The notes under the pieces: generated by a model | What the model was told of the DNA's origin: nothing | Database searches by the model: none | What the model saw: only the letters and a program-made list of their open reading frames with translations | Assembly (NCBI GenBank): GCA_965202585.1 | Contig: OZ241826.1 | Span: 104,036,001-104,100,000 of the forward strand | Length of the DNA: 64,000 bases | From: Thalia democratica | Lineage: Eukaryota | Direction: 5' to 3' | Part shown: piece by piece, positions 15,001-30,000 of the stretch | Numbering within the stretch: position 1 is the stretch's first letter | Layout: every line of letters starts with the position of its first letter | Program-made: the position numbers and the translations under genes

Positions 15001-18000
15001 ACGCCTGGTTGACTTCTTGCTCACATCGAACTCATTGGCCGCCTCTCGGAGCGCGTCCATGCCTGGGAACATGTCCCCGTCACCAGAAACTTTAAAATTT
15101 TTCAGCGAAAATTTATCGCTTACGTCAATATTAGTGACGTCACTGCTGTAAACCACGTGCTTCTCGTCAGATGTTATCGGATTCTCGATTGTGCTCAAAA
15201 ACTCGTTGACGTCATTCAGTCGGTGTTGGTCTTGTAACAACGCGCTGTCAACTACAAAGACGACGTCCATCTTAGCTTCGCACTTGTCGACCACTGGAGG
15301 GACTTGTTTCGAATCGCAAACTTCTTCTAGCACCTTGTTGGATACCACGAACAGCTGCTTCGGTGTTGGTACCCTCGGTAAGCTGACGACGTTGGCAAGA
15401 GAAGTTTCTTCTTCGGGTGTCACGAAGATCACCGTCTGCTGTTTGTCCTCGAATTGCTTCAAAGATGTTGCAAAACTTTCGTCTTGTTTTTGCTGGTGCA
15501 CTCTGCTGGAAATCGCTACAATAGATTTTGAGGCGAAGTCGGGTCTGTTAGGCAGTACCGGATTTTCTGCCAAAAACTCCAAAACGTTCGCGTAGTTCAA
15601 ATCTTTGGTCGGGTGGTTTTCCTCGTCTTTTCTCAACTCGTAGGAATAATGCTTCAGATCCCAAACGACGTCAACCAGCTTCTTGTTCGGTTTCTCCACA
15701 AATACTTGCGGTTTGTCGTAAAACTCTGATACCAACACCAAAGCCACCCTCACTCTCTCCTTGTCGACATCAAGCGAGTTCAGCAACTGCACGGCTGTTT
15801 CAAAGCTCGCCTGGGAACCCCCTTCGACGAGAAACGAGTCGGCGTCAACGACTATCGTGACGTCAGCTTTCATCACGTCACCGCACGGAAGCCTGACCTC
15901 TGGTGGCGGCGGCGTGACGTCATCGCAAATCGCTTCCACTTCCTTTCTCCCCGAATCCGCCAATCCGGCCAATCCTGTTGATAGAAATAATTAGCAAACG
16001 ATAAAATTAATCATTATAATAATTTACAACTAACAGCATCAACTTTTTTATATAAACAAAATTGTGTTGTTTTATATATGTAATAAGTTAACTTAACTAA
16101 GAATAAACAAAAGCAAATTTTAAAAATATCCAACCTGTCACGGGCACGTATAGATTGGGGGCTGACACCAACGTTCTCGCTTCGGAGCCCGCAGCCGTGT
16201 CGTCATCAGCAAACACTGTGACTATGACGTCATCGCTGTACAGTTTCGTCATCAGTGCGTGACCTTCAGGGGTGTTGAGCTCTTTCAAGTTTCTTTTCAG
16301 CAGCACCTGATAAAGTTAAAAATGCTTTTATAATTGCTTAATAAGCTGAGTTTCTTTTAACAAGATATAATTTTTAAACATTTCTTTAAATTTTAAGATT
16401 AAAATTTTATTTACAAACATATAAATGTTTAGTTTACGAATTATAAAATTTCAATAAAGCATACTTTAAACTTTGAAATATTTATTCATAAATAAGCTCA
16501 TAAAGTTTTTTTTAGTTAAGAAAAGTATCTCATTTACAACATTTGCAAGTAGTATAAATAAAATTATACAAAACGAACCGAAGTTAGTTAAACTAAAAGG
16601 GTCATTATAATATTTCCTTATTTTTCTTATCTTTTTACTTAAAATGTTTTATTAAGTGATAAAACTTACAGCAACGGCTTTCTTTGCATTCGCATCACTA
16701 TTTTCCTCCAATATGTCAAAAACTTCGGTGAAAATCATCGAGGCGTCAATCCTATCAGTGATCTGATCATCAGAAGTGTTTTCGAAATACTCGAGCAATT
16801 CGGCGAGTATCGCCTTCCTGGAACTGAACTGATCCGTGAAGCTGATTATTGGAACAACGCTCGTGTTTGCTATACTGTACACAGCTACCTGTTGAAATAA
16901 AGAAAATTATAAATAAAATACACATTAACTTGATCATTATACTGTACACAGCTACCTGTTGAAATAAAAAAATTATAAATAAAATACACATTAACTTGAT
17001 CATTATACTGTACACAGCTACCTGTTGAAATAAAAAAATTATAAATAAAATACACATTAACTTGATCATTATACTGTACACAGCTACCTGTTGAAATAAA
17101 GAAAATTATAAATAAAATACACATTAACTTGATCATTATACTGTACACAGCTACCTGTTGAAATAAAAAAATTATAAATAAAATACACATTAACTTGATC
17201 ATTATACTGTACACAGCTACCTGTTGAAATAAAAAAATTATAAATAAAATACACATTAACTTGATCATTATACTGTACACAGCTACCTGTTGAAATAAAG
17301 AAATTTTGTATGATATTTATGATTTTTTATACATAAAAAAGCTGTATGATATTTATGAATTTTTGTGTATAAAACAAATTAAATGATATTTATGATTTTT
17401 TGTACATAAAAAAGTTGTATAATATTCATGATTATTTATACATAAAAAAGTTGTATGATATTTATGAAATTTTATACAATAAAAATTTGTATGATATTTA
17501 TGATCTTTTATACAAAAAAAATTTGTATGATATTTTGTGTTTAAAAAAATTGAATGATATTTATGATCTTTTATACATAAAAAAGTTGTATGATATTTAT
17601 GATCTTTTATACATAAAAAAATTGAATGATATTTATGATCTTTTATACATAAAAAAGTTGTATGATATTTATGATCTCTTGTGTATAAAAAAATTAAATG
17701 ATATTTATGATGTTTTATGTTAGTATTTCAACATTAATTGTACACAGCTACCCGTTGTGATAATAAATAGTTTTGTAACCATTAATCTTAGTAATTGTTT
17801 TTGTATTTATAACTTGAAAATTTTGTTCTAGCTTGTTAACATTTTTTGAATGTGTACATATGTCTTTTAAGTTTGCTGAAATATATATTATGGAATTCTA
17901 AATAAGTCAGCGTACAGTTTATAATCATAATGAGATTTAACTATAACTTTTTAATTGATATCCGAATATATTTAACAAATTAAAAGATTTTTTTTTTTAA

Positions 18001-21000
18001 AACTATAAAGAAAAACAATTTCCTATGCTATAGAAATGTTCTATTATTTTCTCTCTGTAATGAACGTCATAATAAATGAGATTTATAAATGTAGCTAAAT
18101 AGGTGATTTTTTTAAAACATTACATAAACACATGTATAACAAAACTTTACTGCCTTTTATATTGAAAAGTATTTTAAAATAACTTTAACAGTTTTTCTTT
18201 AATCTTTAACCTTTCAGTTAAGACAACTAAAACAATAAAATTTTTAAAATTTATTAAGACTTATCAAGATGTCTGTTAATAATATTGTATCTGACTTTAA
18301 AAAATTGATCTTTTAATCATAACAAGCAACTAACGTGAACGCTGTCTCGACCGATGAAGAAATTTTTCAGAGCGTTTTCAAAATAAATGGACAGAGCTTC
18401 ACGGGACACATCGCTGGGCTTCTGCTGGAAGTAAGCCTCGTCAACAAGGAACATCAAGTCAGCTCGCAAATCACATACAGGCTTGCTCGGTTTGGTGGTT
18501 GTTTCAGGTGGACTGGTGGTTGCTACAGATGTGGTTTTCGTGAACATTGAGGAAAGAGTTGTGCTGGAAGCAATAAGCTCTTTAGGTGTTGTAGTAACGT
18601 CTGGTTTGACCTTTTCAGTTGTTGTAGTAACTCCTGGTGTAGCTTCAGGTCCAGTCTTTTCAGTCGTTGTTGTAACTCCTGGTACAACCTTCTCAGTCGT
18701 TGTAGTTAAACCTGGTTCGACCTTTTCAGTTGTTGTAGTAACACCTGGTTCAATCTTTTCAGTTGTTGTAGTAACGCCTGGTTCGATCTTTTCGGTTGTT
18801 GTAGTAACACCTGGTTCAACCTTTTCAGTTGTTGTAGTAACACCTGGTTCAACCTTTTCTGTTGTTGTAGTAACGCCTGGTTCAACCTTTTCGGTTGTTG
18901 TAGTAACACCTGGTTCGAGCTTTTCGGTTGTTGTAGTAACTCCTGGCGTAGCTTCAGGTGCAATCTTTTCGGTTGTTGTTGTGACCCCTGGCTCAACCTT
19001 TTCAGTTGTTGTAGTAACTCCTGGTGTAGCTTCAGGTCCAGTCTTTTCAGTCGTTGTTGTAACTCCTGGTACAACCTTCTCAGTTGTTGTAGTAACACCT
19101 GGTTCAACCTTTTCAGTTGTTGTGGTAACACCTGGTTCAATCTTTTCAGTTGTTGTAGTAACTCCTGGTTCAACCTTTTCAGTTGTTGTGGTAACACCTG
19201 GTTCAACCTTTTCAGTTGTTGTAGTAACACCTGGTTCAACCTTTTCAGTTGTTGTAGTAACACCTGGTTCAACCTTTTCAGTTGTTGTAGTAACACCTGG
19301 TTCAACCTTTTCAGTTGTTGTAGTAACACCTGGTTCAACCTTTTCAGTTGTTGTGGTAACACCTGGTTCAACCTTTTCAGTTGTTGTAGTAACGCCTGGT
19401 TCGACCTTTTCAGTTGTTGTTGTAACACCTGGTTCAACCTTTTCTGTTGTTGTAGTAACACCTGGTTCAACCTTTCCTGTTGTTGTAGTAACGCCTGGTT
19501 CAACCTTTTCTGTTGTTGTAGTAACACCTGGTTCAACCTTTTCTGTTGTTGTAGTAACGCCTGGTTCAACCTTTTCAGTTGTTGTAGTAACACCTGGTTC
19601 AGTCTTTTCAGTTGTTGTAGTAACGGCTGGTTCAACCTTTTCGGTTGTTGTAGTAACGCCTGGTTCAACCTTTTCAGTTGTTGTGGTAACACCTGGTTCA
19701 ACCTTTTCAGTTGTTGTAGTAACGCCTGGTTCGACCTTTTCAGTTGTTGTTGTAACACCTGGTTCAACCTTTTCTGTTGTTGTAGTAACACCTGGTTCAA
19801 CCTTTCCTGTTGTTGTAGTAACGCCTGGTTCAACCTTTTCTGTTGTTGTAGTAACACCTGGTTCAACCTTTTCTGTTGTTGTAGTAACGCCTGGTTCAAC
19901 CTTTTCAGTTGTTGTGGTAACACCTGGTACAACCTTTTCAGTTGTTGTAGTAACGCCTGGTTCGACCTTTTCAGTTGTTGTGGTAACACCTGGTTCGACC
20001 TTTTCAGTTGTTGTAGTAACACCTGCTTCAACCTTTTCAGTTGTCGTAGTAACACCTGGTTCAACCTTTTCAGTTGTTGTAGTAACGCCTGGTTCGACCT
20101 TTTCAGTTGTTGTAGTAACTCCTGGTTCGACCTTTTCAGTTGTTGTAGTAACACCTGGTTCGACCTTTTCAGTTGTTGTAGTAACACCTGGCTCAACTTT
20201 TTCAGTTGTTGTGGTAACTTCAGGAACTGTTTGCACAGTTGTTTTTGGCTTGAAAACTGTTACAATTGGTTCAATAGTTATTTTCTAATCTATACCTAAG
20301 CATGAGATAAAAGATATTAACTAACTTGATGTTGAAAAGACACTTGATGTAGTAGTTTCTTTGTCAACTGGCTTTGTAGTTGTTGTTTTTGGGGTAGTTT
20401 TTACAGTTGTTGTTGAAACTGTAGTAGTAAGTTCTTCTGTATGTTTTATTTATAGGTATAAAATGCTTTTAACCCATACTTACATCACTAAAACTAAAAA
20501 TTATTTTAGAAGCATTTGTTTTATGTTTTTATTCTTTTGTAATAATTAACACTATTAAAACTATTCAGTTTATAATAAATTTTTAGTTCGTTGATGTTGA
20601 CATATCTAGCTTTACGTACTAGAAATATTACTACAAGTTTATACTTATTTACTTCAACAACTTAAACAAAATATATGAATCACTTTATACAGATGTTTAA
20701 CACTTTAACGATGTTTTTAACAAGAACTTTTCAAAATACACTTTAGGCCTTCAAGAAACAAATACAACTAACCAGTAACTTCAATTATTTCGCACAAGGC
20801 CATGGCCACATACTGCACAGCATCTTGCAGCTCATCGACAGTGTGGAAGTTGAGCGAGTAGTTCTCATGGCTGGCAACCTGGTACAAACCGTCCGTGTCA
20901 ACTTCGTCTCCCAGTCCTATTGTTACTACGTGGAACGGCTGCTCTGCTTTCTTGAGATACTTGTTTAAATTAAGCGTTGTGTAAAGCTGTTCTTCGCTGT

Positions 21001-24000
21001 CCTGTGAAAGAAATTAAATTTTTACTTAGTGCACGTTGACTTATTACAATCTACTTATATGCAAAAGGATAGAGGTAAATTTTAGCACGTTCATTTCTAT
21101 GTAAAAAACTCTATAAGCTGTAACTTATGACTTTATTAAAGTTTTGCTTTTAAATGACAGTTAGATTGCTGTAAATAGGTAGACAACATAAGTTTAGAAC
21201 TAGGTAGTACAATTAAAATGTCATACACAGTGCACGTCTATTCATTAAATATTGAGTAACATAGCTTATGACAAGTTTTAAATACACAAACGCTATGAAT
21301 TATTGTAAGATGACGTACTTGAGCGTATCCATCGGTGATGAGCAACACAGTTGTGTTTGCATCAGAAGCCTGCAGATCGTCGGTGAAATATTGCAACTTG
21401 AGCGCTTTTTCCAACGCAAAGTAGGGTCTGTTGAACTGTGAAGTTATTTTCAGGTGGTCTATCAAAAACCTGATGTCTCGTGTTTTGTTTGCGGCGTTGT
21501 ATGGCCAATTAACTATGACAGCGTCGTCATTGTTGGAGTAAGACACTAAACTCACCTGTAAAATAAATAGCTGTTAAAGCAAAAATTGTTTTTGATATAT
21601 GTTAAACTATCTGGAAATAATTATAAAAGCATTGTATAATAAAAGTTTTCACTAAAAAAATACGTCGATTAGTTGAAAGTTTTAACAATTTTCAGTGGTG
21701 AAAAAAATTATAAGTACAAAAAACTTACCCTGACCATACCATTGTCAATATTCAATCTGTCAACAAGTCTTCTCAGGAAAAACTGTACTTTCATGAAATT
21801 TGGCTCGTCAGACAAGTCAAGCACGACCAGCAAATCAAATGAGCATTCCAATGCTGTTTAAATATATTAGTTGTATTTAAACTTGATTTTCAAAACTTGA
21901 AAGTTTAGTTTTAGCATTAAAAATAAGATCATTTACTCTCAAGCACATGTGCTAAAAGGTAACCTTTTTGTAACATATTCTTATAGAATATTTATTATGT
22001 TGAAAAAGTATATTTTTATGCTTTCAAGCTTACGAGAGTTAGGTAATTGTATTTCAGCCTTTAAAAAAGTAGAAGTGTAATCGAATAAAACCAAACCTGG
22101 CAAGCACACGAGCTCATCGAGGTACGGAGCGACGTCACTCAACATTGAAGTGTGCTGCACAGTGATCAGGTTCCTAGTGTTCATGTCAGCACCGAAACTA
22201 AGAGCGATCTGATCCACGTAGCTGATCTCCACCTGACTGGAGGACCCGTTGCCTCCGTAGCTGTAATCCCCGAACACTCCTCCGTACTCGTTGGAAACAG
22301 ATCCGTTGCTAAGCGACCCGTTGCCAGGACCTCCGTAGTAGCTCGTCGAGTTGAACATGCCGTTGTAATCGGTGTCATCTCCCTTTAGTTATTTTGTTTT
22401 TAATATACTTTTAATAACATTTCAAACTAATATCAAAATTATAAACGTTTTTTAACCAGCCATGACTAAACATAACGTAAGTTGTTTAATTTGGTTTAAA
22501 CTTTCAACATAATTTATTTTAATATTGATATTATACGATTTATTTAGCTTTATGATAAACAGTCATAGCAAACAAATAAGTTTTTATTTACTCCATCTAT
22601 CATGATGTCACTGGTTGCTATACCGATAACTTCGATGTTCTGCTCTGCTGCTTCACTTATGACGTCACTTAGATCCATTTCCTCGGTTATGATGATGACC
22701 GCTAGTCTCTTGTGGTTTAAGTTGCCACCAAACTCAGCTGAAGTTATACTTTTAAGTTTTGACTTTGTCAAATTTCAAACCAAACTTTAAGTATTTGAAA
22801 AATTAGATTTATTAGGAAATTAGTAAACTTTAAGCTTTTTTGTATTTAAAGTTATTTGTAATAGTATAACAAAAAAGGCAGATCAATACTGTTTGACATA
22901 TTGAAAAACTTGACCGTTAGTAAAGTAATAAGTTATTTTCAGTTCATTTTAGTTGATTTTAATACAAAATAGTGCTAATATAATTACTTTTTTAGGCGAG
23001 ATATTATGATTAAGTTAAAAACTAGGTTTTAACATTTAAAAAATTAAAACTTACGTTCAAATCTAGTATAAAGCGCATCCTTTATGTTTTTAACTCCGTC
23101 AAAACCGTTATTCAATCGTTGAAGGTTATTGATAGCGTTCACAAGTTTCTTGTGGGTATCAAATTTACCCAACGGAAAGCTGTACGGGAACGAGTCGTGC
23201 AACTTGTGTCCATAAGTGTAAACACCCACCTTTCACAATGAAAAGTAGTATAAGTTAAGAAAACTTATCTGGTCATTAAGTTAAATTGTTACTGCTTTAA
23301 CAGTTTTTGAAATAAACTTATAATGTTTAGTTATATCTAATACGCAAAAAGTTTATCTAAATGATAGGGTGTATAAATACCGATTTTAGTAATAATATTA
23401 GCGTTTTTTTATTATACAAAAAAAAGTTTTGCTTTTTAAAGCTATTCTAATTAAATTTAGTTATGCTGTTTGTTAACAAATGTACCTGAGTTGCAAAAGG
23501 TCCAACTGGAAGTGCAAGTGTGAAATTCCTGATAAAACTTTTCAGGTTTTCTTCATCTTCAAATGGTAGGCCACCGACCAAAAACAATACATCAGTCGGT
23601 TCCATCGTTGTACAAACTGCAAGTTATTTTGTCATTTTTATAAGTACTTTCAAAAAAAATGTACGAATTGAAAACTATTGCCTAAATAGTTTCATACGTT
23701 TTAAAACGCATCAACAGCTTTGGAGCTGAAACTTTTTAAATTATAAACAAAACGATGTATAAAATGTAATTATGTTAATCTGAACTACCTATGACGTCAT
23801 CATCACGCGTCGCCACAACTGTTAAAGGTGGGTGTTTAAACTAAATAAGTATATCTTAAAACAAACTAACTGTCACGTGAGAGTTGCGGAGCGGTGCAAA
23901 CAGCGTCGGACACGTTCTGCACGAGCGATCCCACCTGATCCAGACTGGTCACCTGGAAAGCGTGCTGCTCATCTGACGCGAGCTCAATCAGCTCCTCGTA

Positions 24001-27000
24001 GTTCATCGATCCCGCTCCCACCGAGATCATGTAGAAGTCCCCGCCGTCCATCAGCGTCTTCTGCTTCACGTGCTCCACCAAGTCCAGTGCTTCCGAGTGA
24101 ACGCGCGCCAAGCTGTCCTGTGTTACAGATATTGTGACGTAACAAATATTCTTTTTTCTGATTATTTATCTAAAACTAAATCCTCCCATATTACAAAAAA
24201 TGTTAAATTAATCTGTGCTGCGTAGTTTGTAGTTTGTTGTGTCATAAATGAACAATCATAAACAATACTTAGTAACTATTTAAATTACTAATGAAACAGT
24301 AAAAAAAAATTACTGTTAATTTAATGAGTCCCAAAAATGAGTTATGAATGTTAATAAATGTATACTAAAGTTTTATTATCGGAAAATTTATTATTTCAAA
24401 AATTTTTGTAAAAATTTAAACATTCATCAAAAAACAAAACTTTTAATGGACTACATACATAAGGGATTTTTATTAAAACACTTTTCAGGATTGGTTTTAA
24501 CGCTGAGTAAAACAAAAATTTACAATTTGTTACCATAGTATAATACAAAATACAAGTTGTTTTACCTTTGCTCTACCATCAGTGATGATTATGACGACAA
24601 ACGGCACTGATGGCCTCCTACCGGGATAATCAACATCCAGTTCCCTCTGCAGTACAGCTTTGAGCGTGGTGAACGTCTTCGTGGTGCCTGACACGTCGTT
24701 GAAAACCTTCAGGCTGTCTATCTTGTTCTTCAGCGCTTCGCTGTCACCCCCCTGCAGCTCCCACACGAACCTGTGGATCGAACTGTACTGCACTATGCCC
24801 ACCTGACAGAAAAATTGTATTTCAAAATAGACAGATATTATTTCTGAAAATGTTTACAGGCTCAAGTTGAAGTAGCTCAAATTTTGTTTTTCATGGTGAT
24901 TTATTTTGAAATAAATGTAGTCATTATGTCAACTAAAACAAATGCTAAGCGTTGATTATTTAAAATGTATATCACATTTAAAATGTAATTAAAAATAGGA
25001 TACAGTAGTTGTCTTAGCATATTTAATCAAAAGTGTATAAAACAAAATGCTCAGAATACTACTTACTCTGGCCATATCATTGTCAATATCAAAGTGTCCC
25101 GTCAGCTCATAGATGAAATCTTTCAAAACTTCCAAGCCAGTTTGCTGGAGACTACTGGATGAATCTACGAGGATCATCATGTCTACCAGGCATCCTTCGT
25201 CTGTAGTAAAATTATAATTTAATTATTAAATTTTGGCTATAGTTATATGCAATACAAAACAACTTTTACTAACTATTTATAGCAATATTACAATAGTTTT
25301 AATAAACAACAACTTGTTTGATCAAAACTAACAACAGATTTTTAATTGTTTCTATCCATTTTAAGTTCTTACTACAATTATCAAGAAATAAAGTAATAAA
25401 CTTTAAATTGTTTGTATTTTTAAACAAAAGTAAACTTTGGTTACTTTATGTATAACGGTAACTTTTTAACTTGAAACTTTAAGTTACACATGTTTGAAAT
25501 AGTTAAAGAGCACCACATACAACTCTAAATTATATTTAAATATACAAAAACGAACCCAGTAAAGTAGAAAACTCGCGAGGACTTGGTTTATTTGTAGTTG
25601 TTGTTTTTCTTCCGCTTGCTGTAAGGAAGTATTGTTAAAACTTGTTGTGATAGTTTTTTATTTTAGAAGATATTTGTTTCTTAAATGTTTCTTTTTAAAG
25701 TTTATTAAGCTTAGGTGGTAAGTATTTAAGCATTCTAATGTTATATCCCTTTTTTAAACTATATTTTTTAACAGGTACTAGCACTACTTAAGCATATATA
25801 TTTAAGCATTCTACTTGTTATGAACCAAAGCAAAGGTGTGTTTAAATTTATATTTTAAAAATCTTACTTGTAGTATGAATTATTGACGTTGTTGAAACTT
25901 TTTCTGTTGTGGGTGTAGTTGAAGCTGTTTGTTTTTATGTAGATGAAACAATATCAAAAGCTTAAACATTAACAATCATTTAAACTTTTATGTTTCATAA
26001 TTTTTACATTGTTTTTCATAAGTTTTTTAAAAGTTCAGTTCATCTATTCATCATCTATTGTATAACCATAAGTTTGTTTTAATGGTAGAATTTTAATATT
26101 TTTTAATCCCAAAAGCAAAAGTCTTTTTTTGTCTTGTCTGACTTTATAACTACTATTTTAGGTATAACGTTTCATAACAACAATTTAAACACATAACAGT
26201 TTGTTTAATCTACTTTCAATCAAACCTTCCTTGACTTATGTTTATAATTAAGTTAAAATAAATTAATAAAATTATAAAACATATTTTTTTATAAATATTA
26301 CAGCGAGCTTGTTTCGCTAGGATCTTTATTAACAAAACATTAATTTTAAATTTTAAATATTTGCAATCAAATATTTATAATACTAATACAAACTCGTAGT
26401 CATCTCAGGCATCATCTTATGCGTGGTGGTGGTCTTTGCTACCGTAGTGACTTTCTCCTCACTTCCAAGATCGCACAAAGACTCCCTTAACTCTTCTGCC
26501 CTCATCCTAGTGAGACCTTCATCTTCGTCAATTATGAACAGTGAAGGAAGATGAGGAGTTCCCTCCAACATCTGGTGAAATTCTCCCAAGTCGTCGGGAT
26601 TTCCCTCTTGCAGAACCACTATTGCCTGGGGAATACCCGTTCTCACCCCCATTCCCATCAAAACCCCCTTCCACGCATAATTGAACGCGGGAGTTATCAG
26701 CTTGGAGTCTTGCAAAGGGGGGTTCACCTTTTCAAGGGAGTCGAGATTCATTACAGCTTGGTTGTCGGTGTTGCTGTCGATGAATTGAAGAATGTTTTTG
26801 TGCGTAGCGCCGAAAGTGACCAATGAGAAGCGGGCTTTGTTGTCCTGATAATATATAAAATTAAATTTTAAAATTTTCCAGTCCATAAAGTTTGTTTTTT
26901 GAAAAGAAAAATGAAAATTAATATTACATACAACTAAGTGCTCATACGCACATCAAGCATTTTCAAAGTTAATAACTTTAACTTAAGTAGTGTTAATCTA

Positions 27001-30000
27001 CAGCTTGAAAACTAGAAAATGAAACTTGCTGTTTAACCTAAGTATACTTATCATTGCTATAAAGAAAATATATTCTAATCGTAAAGCTAAACCAATTCTA
27101 AAATTTAAATGCAGTTAGTACCTTGATAGTCATTTTAAGCAGGACTTCTTTCAGGAAAGCCCTGACGCTTTCCAGTTTTTCAAACATCAGCATTCTATCC
27201 ACTAAAAACACAACATCCATCTGTTCATCGCAAGTTTTGGTGAACTGTGGTGGAGGTACGGGTTCAGGGGGCAACGTGGGAACTACCTGCTCGTCAAATT
27301 CGCAAATTCCGCTCCAAATCATCTTTGCAACGTCGCTTGCAACGTACGGGAGCCTCTTCATTCTGATAGACATAAATGTTAGATTGAAACGCAGTAAAAT
27401 TGTGATGTACTGTATACTGTAGCTTTGTTGCAGACTTCTTATTTTAAACTATTAAACTTAATAAAATACTTTACTTCAACAATTTTAAATTTTATAAGTA
27501 AATACGAAATAAAATTTTTACCTATGAAGCTACTTAAACTCTTAAAATTAATTCAAACTATCAACTATTTAAAATCACCTGATCGCATCATGATACGAAG
27601 TTTCAACGTTCATGTTAGTCAGCAACTCGGGAGGAATGGAAGAAGCGTCGTGAGTCGCAACAGTGCTGATCATGAGTCCTTCAGACTTGTACCTCCTCAG
27701 TGACGTGGTAGACATCAGCTTCCTCGGTCTTCGTGCCATCACGAATATAATCAGTTTGTTCACATCGTCAGAACTTCTTCCACTGAATGACAGCATTGCC
27801 TTCGCTACATTGACTGCGTCACTGAACAGAGCAGGTCCCGTTGCCGCTTTCCTGGTTATTTTTGCGGGTATCGTCGCTTGGAAAGCTGCTCTTTCACTGA
27901 TCATTCCTCCCAACATGTCTTTAAAGTTTATTCCAAACTTGAGTATTCCAATTCGGGCTCCGTCATCACCAAACACAAGGCTGTTTGAAAGCTGCTTCAA
28001 AAACGACCTCACGTACTTGACTCCTCTGATCTTGCTCAAAAGGATGTCGTCGACAGCAATGACTACGTCAGTCCTACAGGGCTTCGTGGTTGGTGGAACA
28101 GGCTCAGGGGGTGACGGCGTCGTGGGAACTTCGTATTTCTTACAGATGAGTTCAAGCAGTTCGAACTCAGAGTGCCACAAGTCGTATGACCTTCTCACCG
28201 GCACGAAACCGTGGACCACGTTCGACATTTTTGTGGGGTCCACGTCGGGTTTCTGGTCCCCGATAAAATAAGTGATCACCTGGACGCCTTCGTCCGCCGC
28301 CCTGGCAACAGCTTCTATTACGTCATCGAACGAGTTTCTTCCCAGCATCAGAATGACGGTTTTCTGTTGGTCTTTACCGCTGAAGCCGTCAACCAAGCTG
28401 TACCTCAACGCCTTGGCTGCATTTAACGGAACGCTGCTTCCCTCATTGGACATCACCTTCAAGTTTTTCAAGTCCTCATTGAACTGTATGTGTTCTTCGG
28501 TCGACACCGAGAACTCTTCCTTCGCCGTCGAACCGAAACTTATGCCGTTGAACCGTGAAGCTCTGGCGTGCGTCGAACCGAAACCGATCAGCTTCATGAC
28601 CCTCTCTATGAAAGAGGTGACGATGCGAGCATCTCTTGGCGGGCTGAACAACGCCACGTCGTACAGGAAGGTGATCTCGCCGGCAGGGCAAGTGAAGTCA
28701 GGTTCAACAGGCGGGTAAACTGGTGTGGGTTCGACAGGGGTACAAGCCAGGGTCATCAGGTCAGCAACTTTTCTTTCGTCATTTATGTATTCAGTGGTGA
28801 CGAAATCAAAATTTTTGAGGTTGCTGTCCTCGCCAAGCTCTGGGAAGGTTTTTTGGTCGGACTGACTGAAGTACACGTTGACGACTCGAGCTTCTATTTC
28901 GGACAGGACCGTTTCTACTGCTTTGATGTCGCCGTCAGTGTCTTGTTGCTTTGTTAGAAGCATCACTGTTCTGATGCCGCTTGGTTGGTGAGATTTAAGG
29001 TAATCCGATGCAGTTTGCAGCAAAAACAAGTTGTAGCTTCCTAACTGAGAGTCATAGTTGTAATAACTTACTTCTGGATAGCTAATAAAAGTGCCTTCAT
29101 CAACGTTTACTGCTAAGATTTTAACGACGTTGTTTTTGTCTTTATAGCTCACTTTCATCGATTGCATAATGTTTGAAACTTCTGTAGAATGCGCATCGTC
29201 AACAACAAGCACAATTTCCATGTCAGCAGTACAAACACCCTCAGGAGTTGCTGGTTTCGTGGGAGCGTCGCAAGCAATCTGCAGGATCTGGTTGCTAAGG
29301 GTGACGACCTGCTCGTTGCTAAGCGACCCTTCAACGTCCAACCCCGTCAGCAATGAGCTTCCAAAACTCGTTTCTTCGATGTCTTCCCCGTTTGCAGCCA
29401 CCAGCAACACTGACGTTTGATCGCTGGTAAGTTTGTTCAACGACTCGTAAAGATTCTGGTTCGAAACAACTTCCCTGCTGGTTATAGCGACAATAACCGT
29501 CGATTTTTCAACTTTGGAAGGAGGCAGAAGAACCTCGTTCGCCATAAAAGAAAACGATGGCTCCAGATCAATGTCAGTAGAAGTTTGTTCAGTCGTTTTT
29601 TGCCGTAGCATCCAAATGACGTCATTCAGCTTGACGTTGTCGTCGGGTAAATAAAGCTGCGGCTGCTTGTCGTCATGGTGAACGACTAATGCGTGACGTA
29701 CATCATTACTACCCGAAGAAGCGACAGATCTCAAAACTCTTGACACCGTGTCAGTGACGTGATCTTCGTTCAACGAGTGGAAGTCAACCATGACGATGAC
29801 GTCAGACCTCATGTCACGTTCGCATGGCAACACGACTTCCGGGGTCGGGAGCGGGAAGGTCTGACACACATGACCCACGACGAGCTTGCCCGATTCGGCT
29901 AGATGCAAGTCGCTCATGGTGGGGATGTAAAAGTGGGGTTTGGTGGGAATTCCCCTAGCGGACGAGCCCCCGGCGTTCTTGTCGTCGGCGAACACTGATA

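Noticed and set aside
16871-17720. Regular arrays as possible CRISPR, and the YDIYDLLYIKK ORF at 17400-17723
   Set aside because: Units are head-to-tail without unique spacers, there are no cas genes and the context is a eukaryotic intron. The ORF is only a translation of a 36-bp minisatellite.
20257-20325. Apparent 41-nt intron using the AG at 20285
   Set aside because: That acceptor is phase 0, while the upstream exon ends in phase 1, which gives a stop. The AG at 20257 (69-nt intron) restores the frame.
1720-29608. Short plus-strand ORFs opposite the large VWA exons
   Set aside because: No recognisable domains; expected by-product of codon usage on the coding strand.
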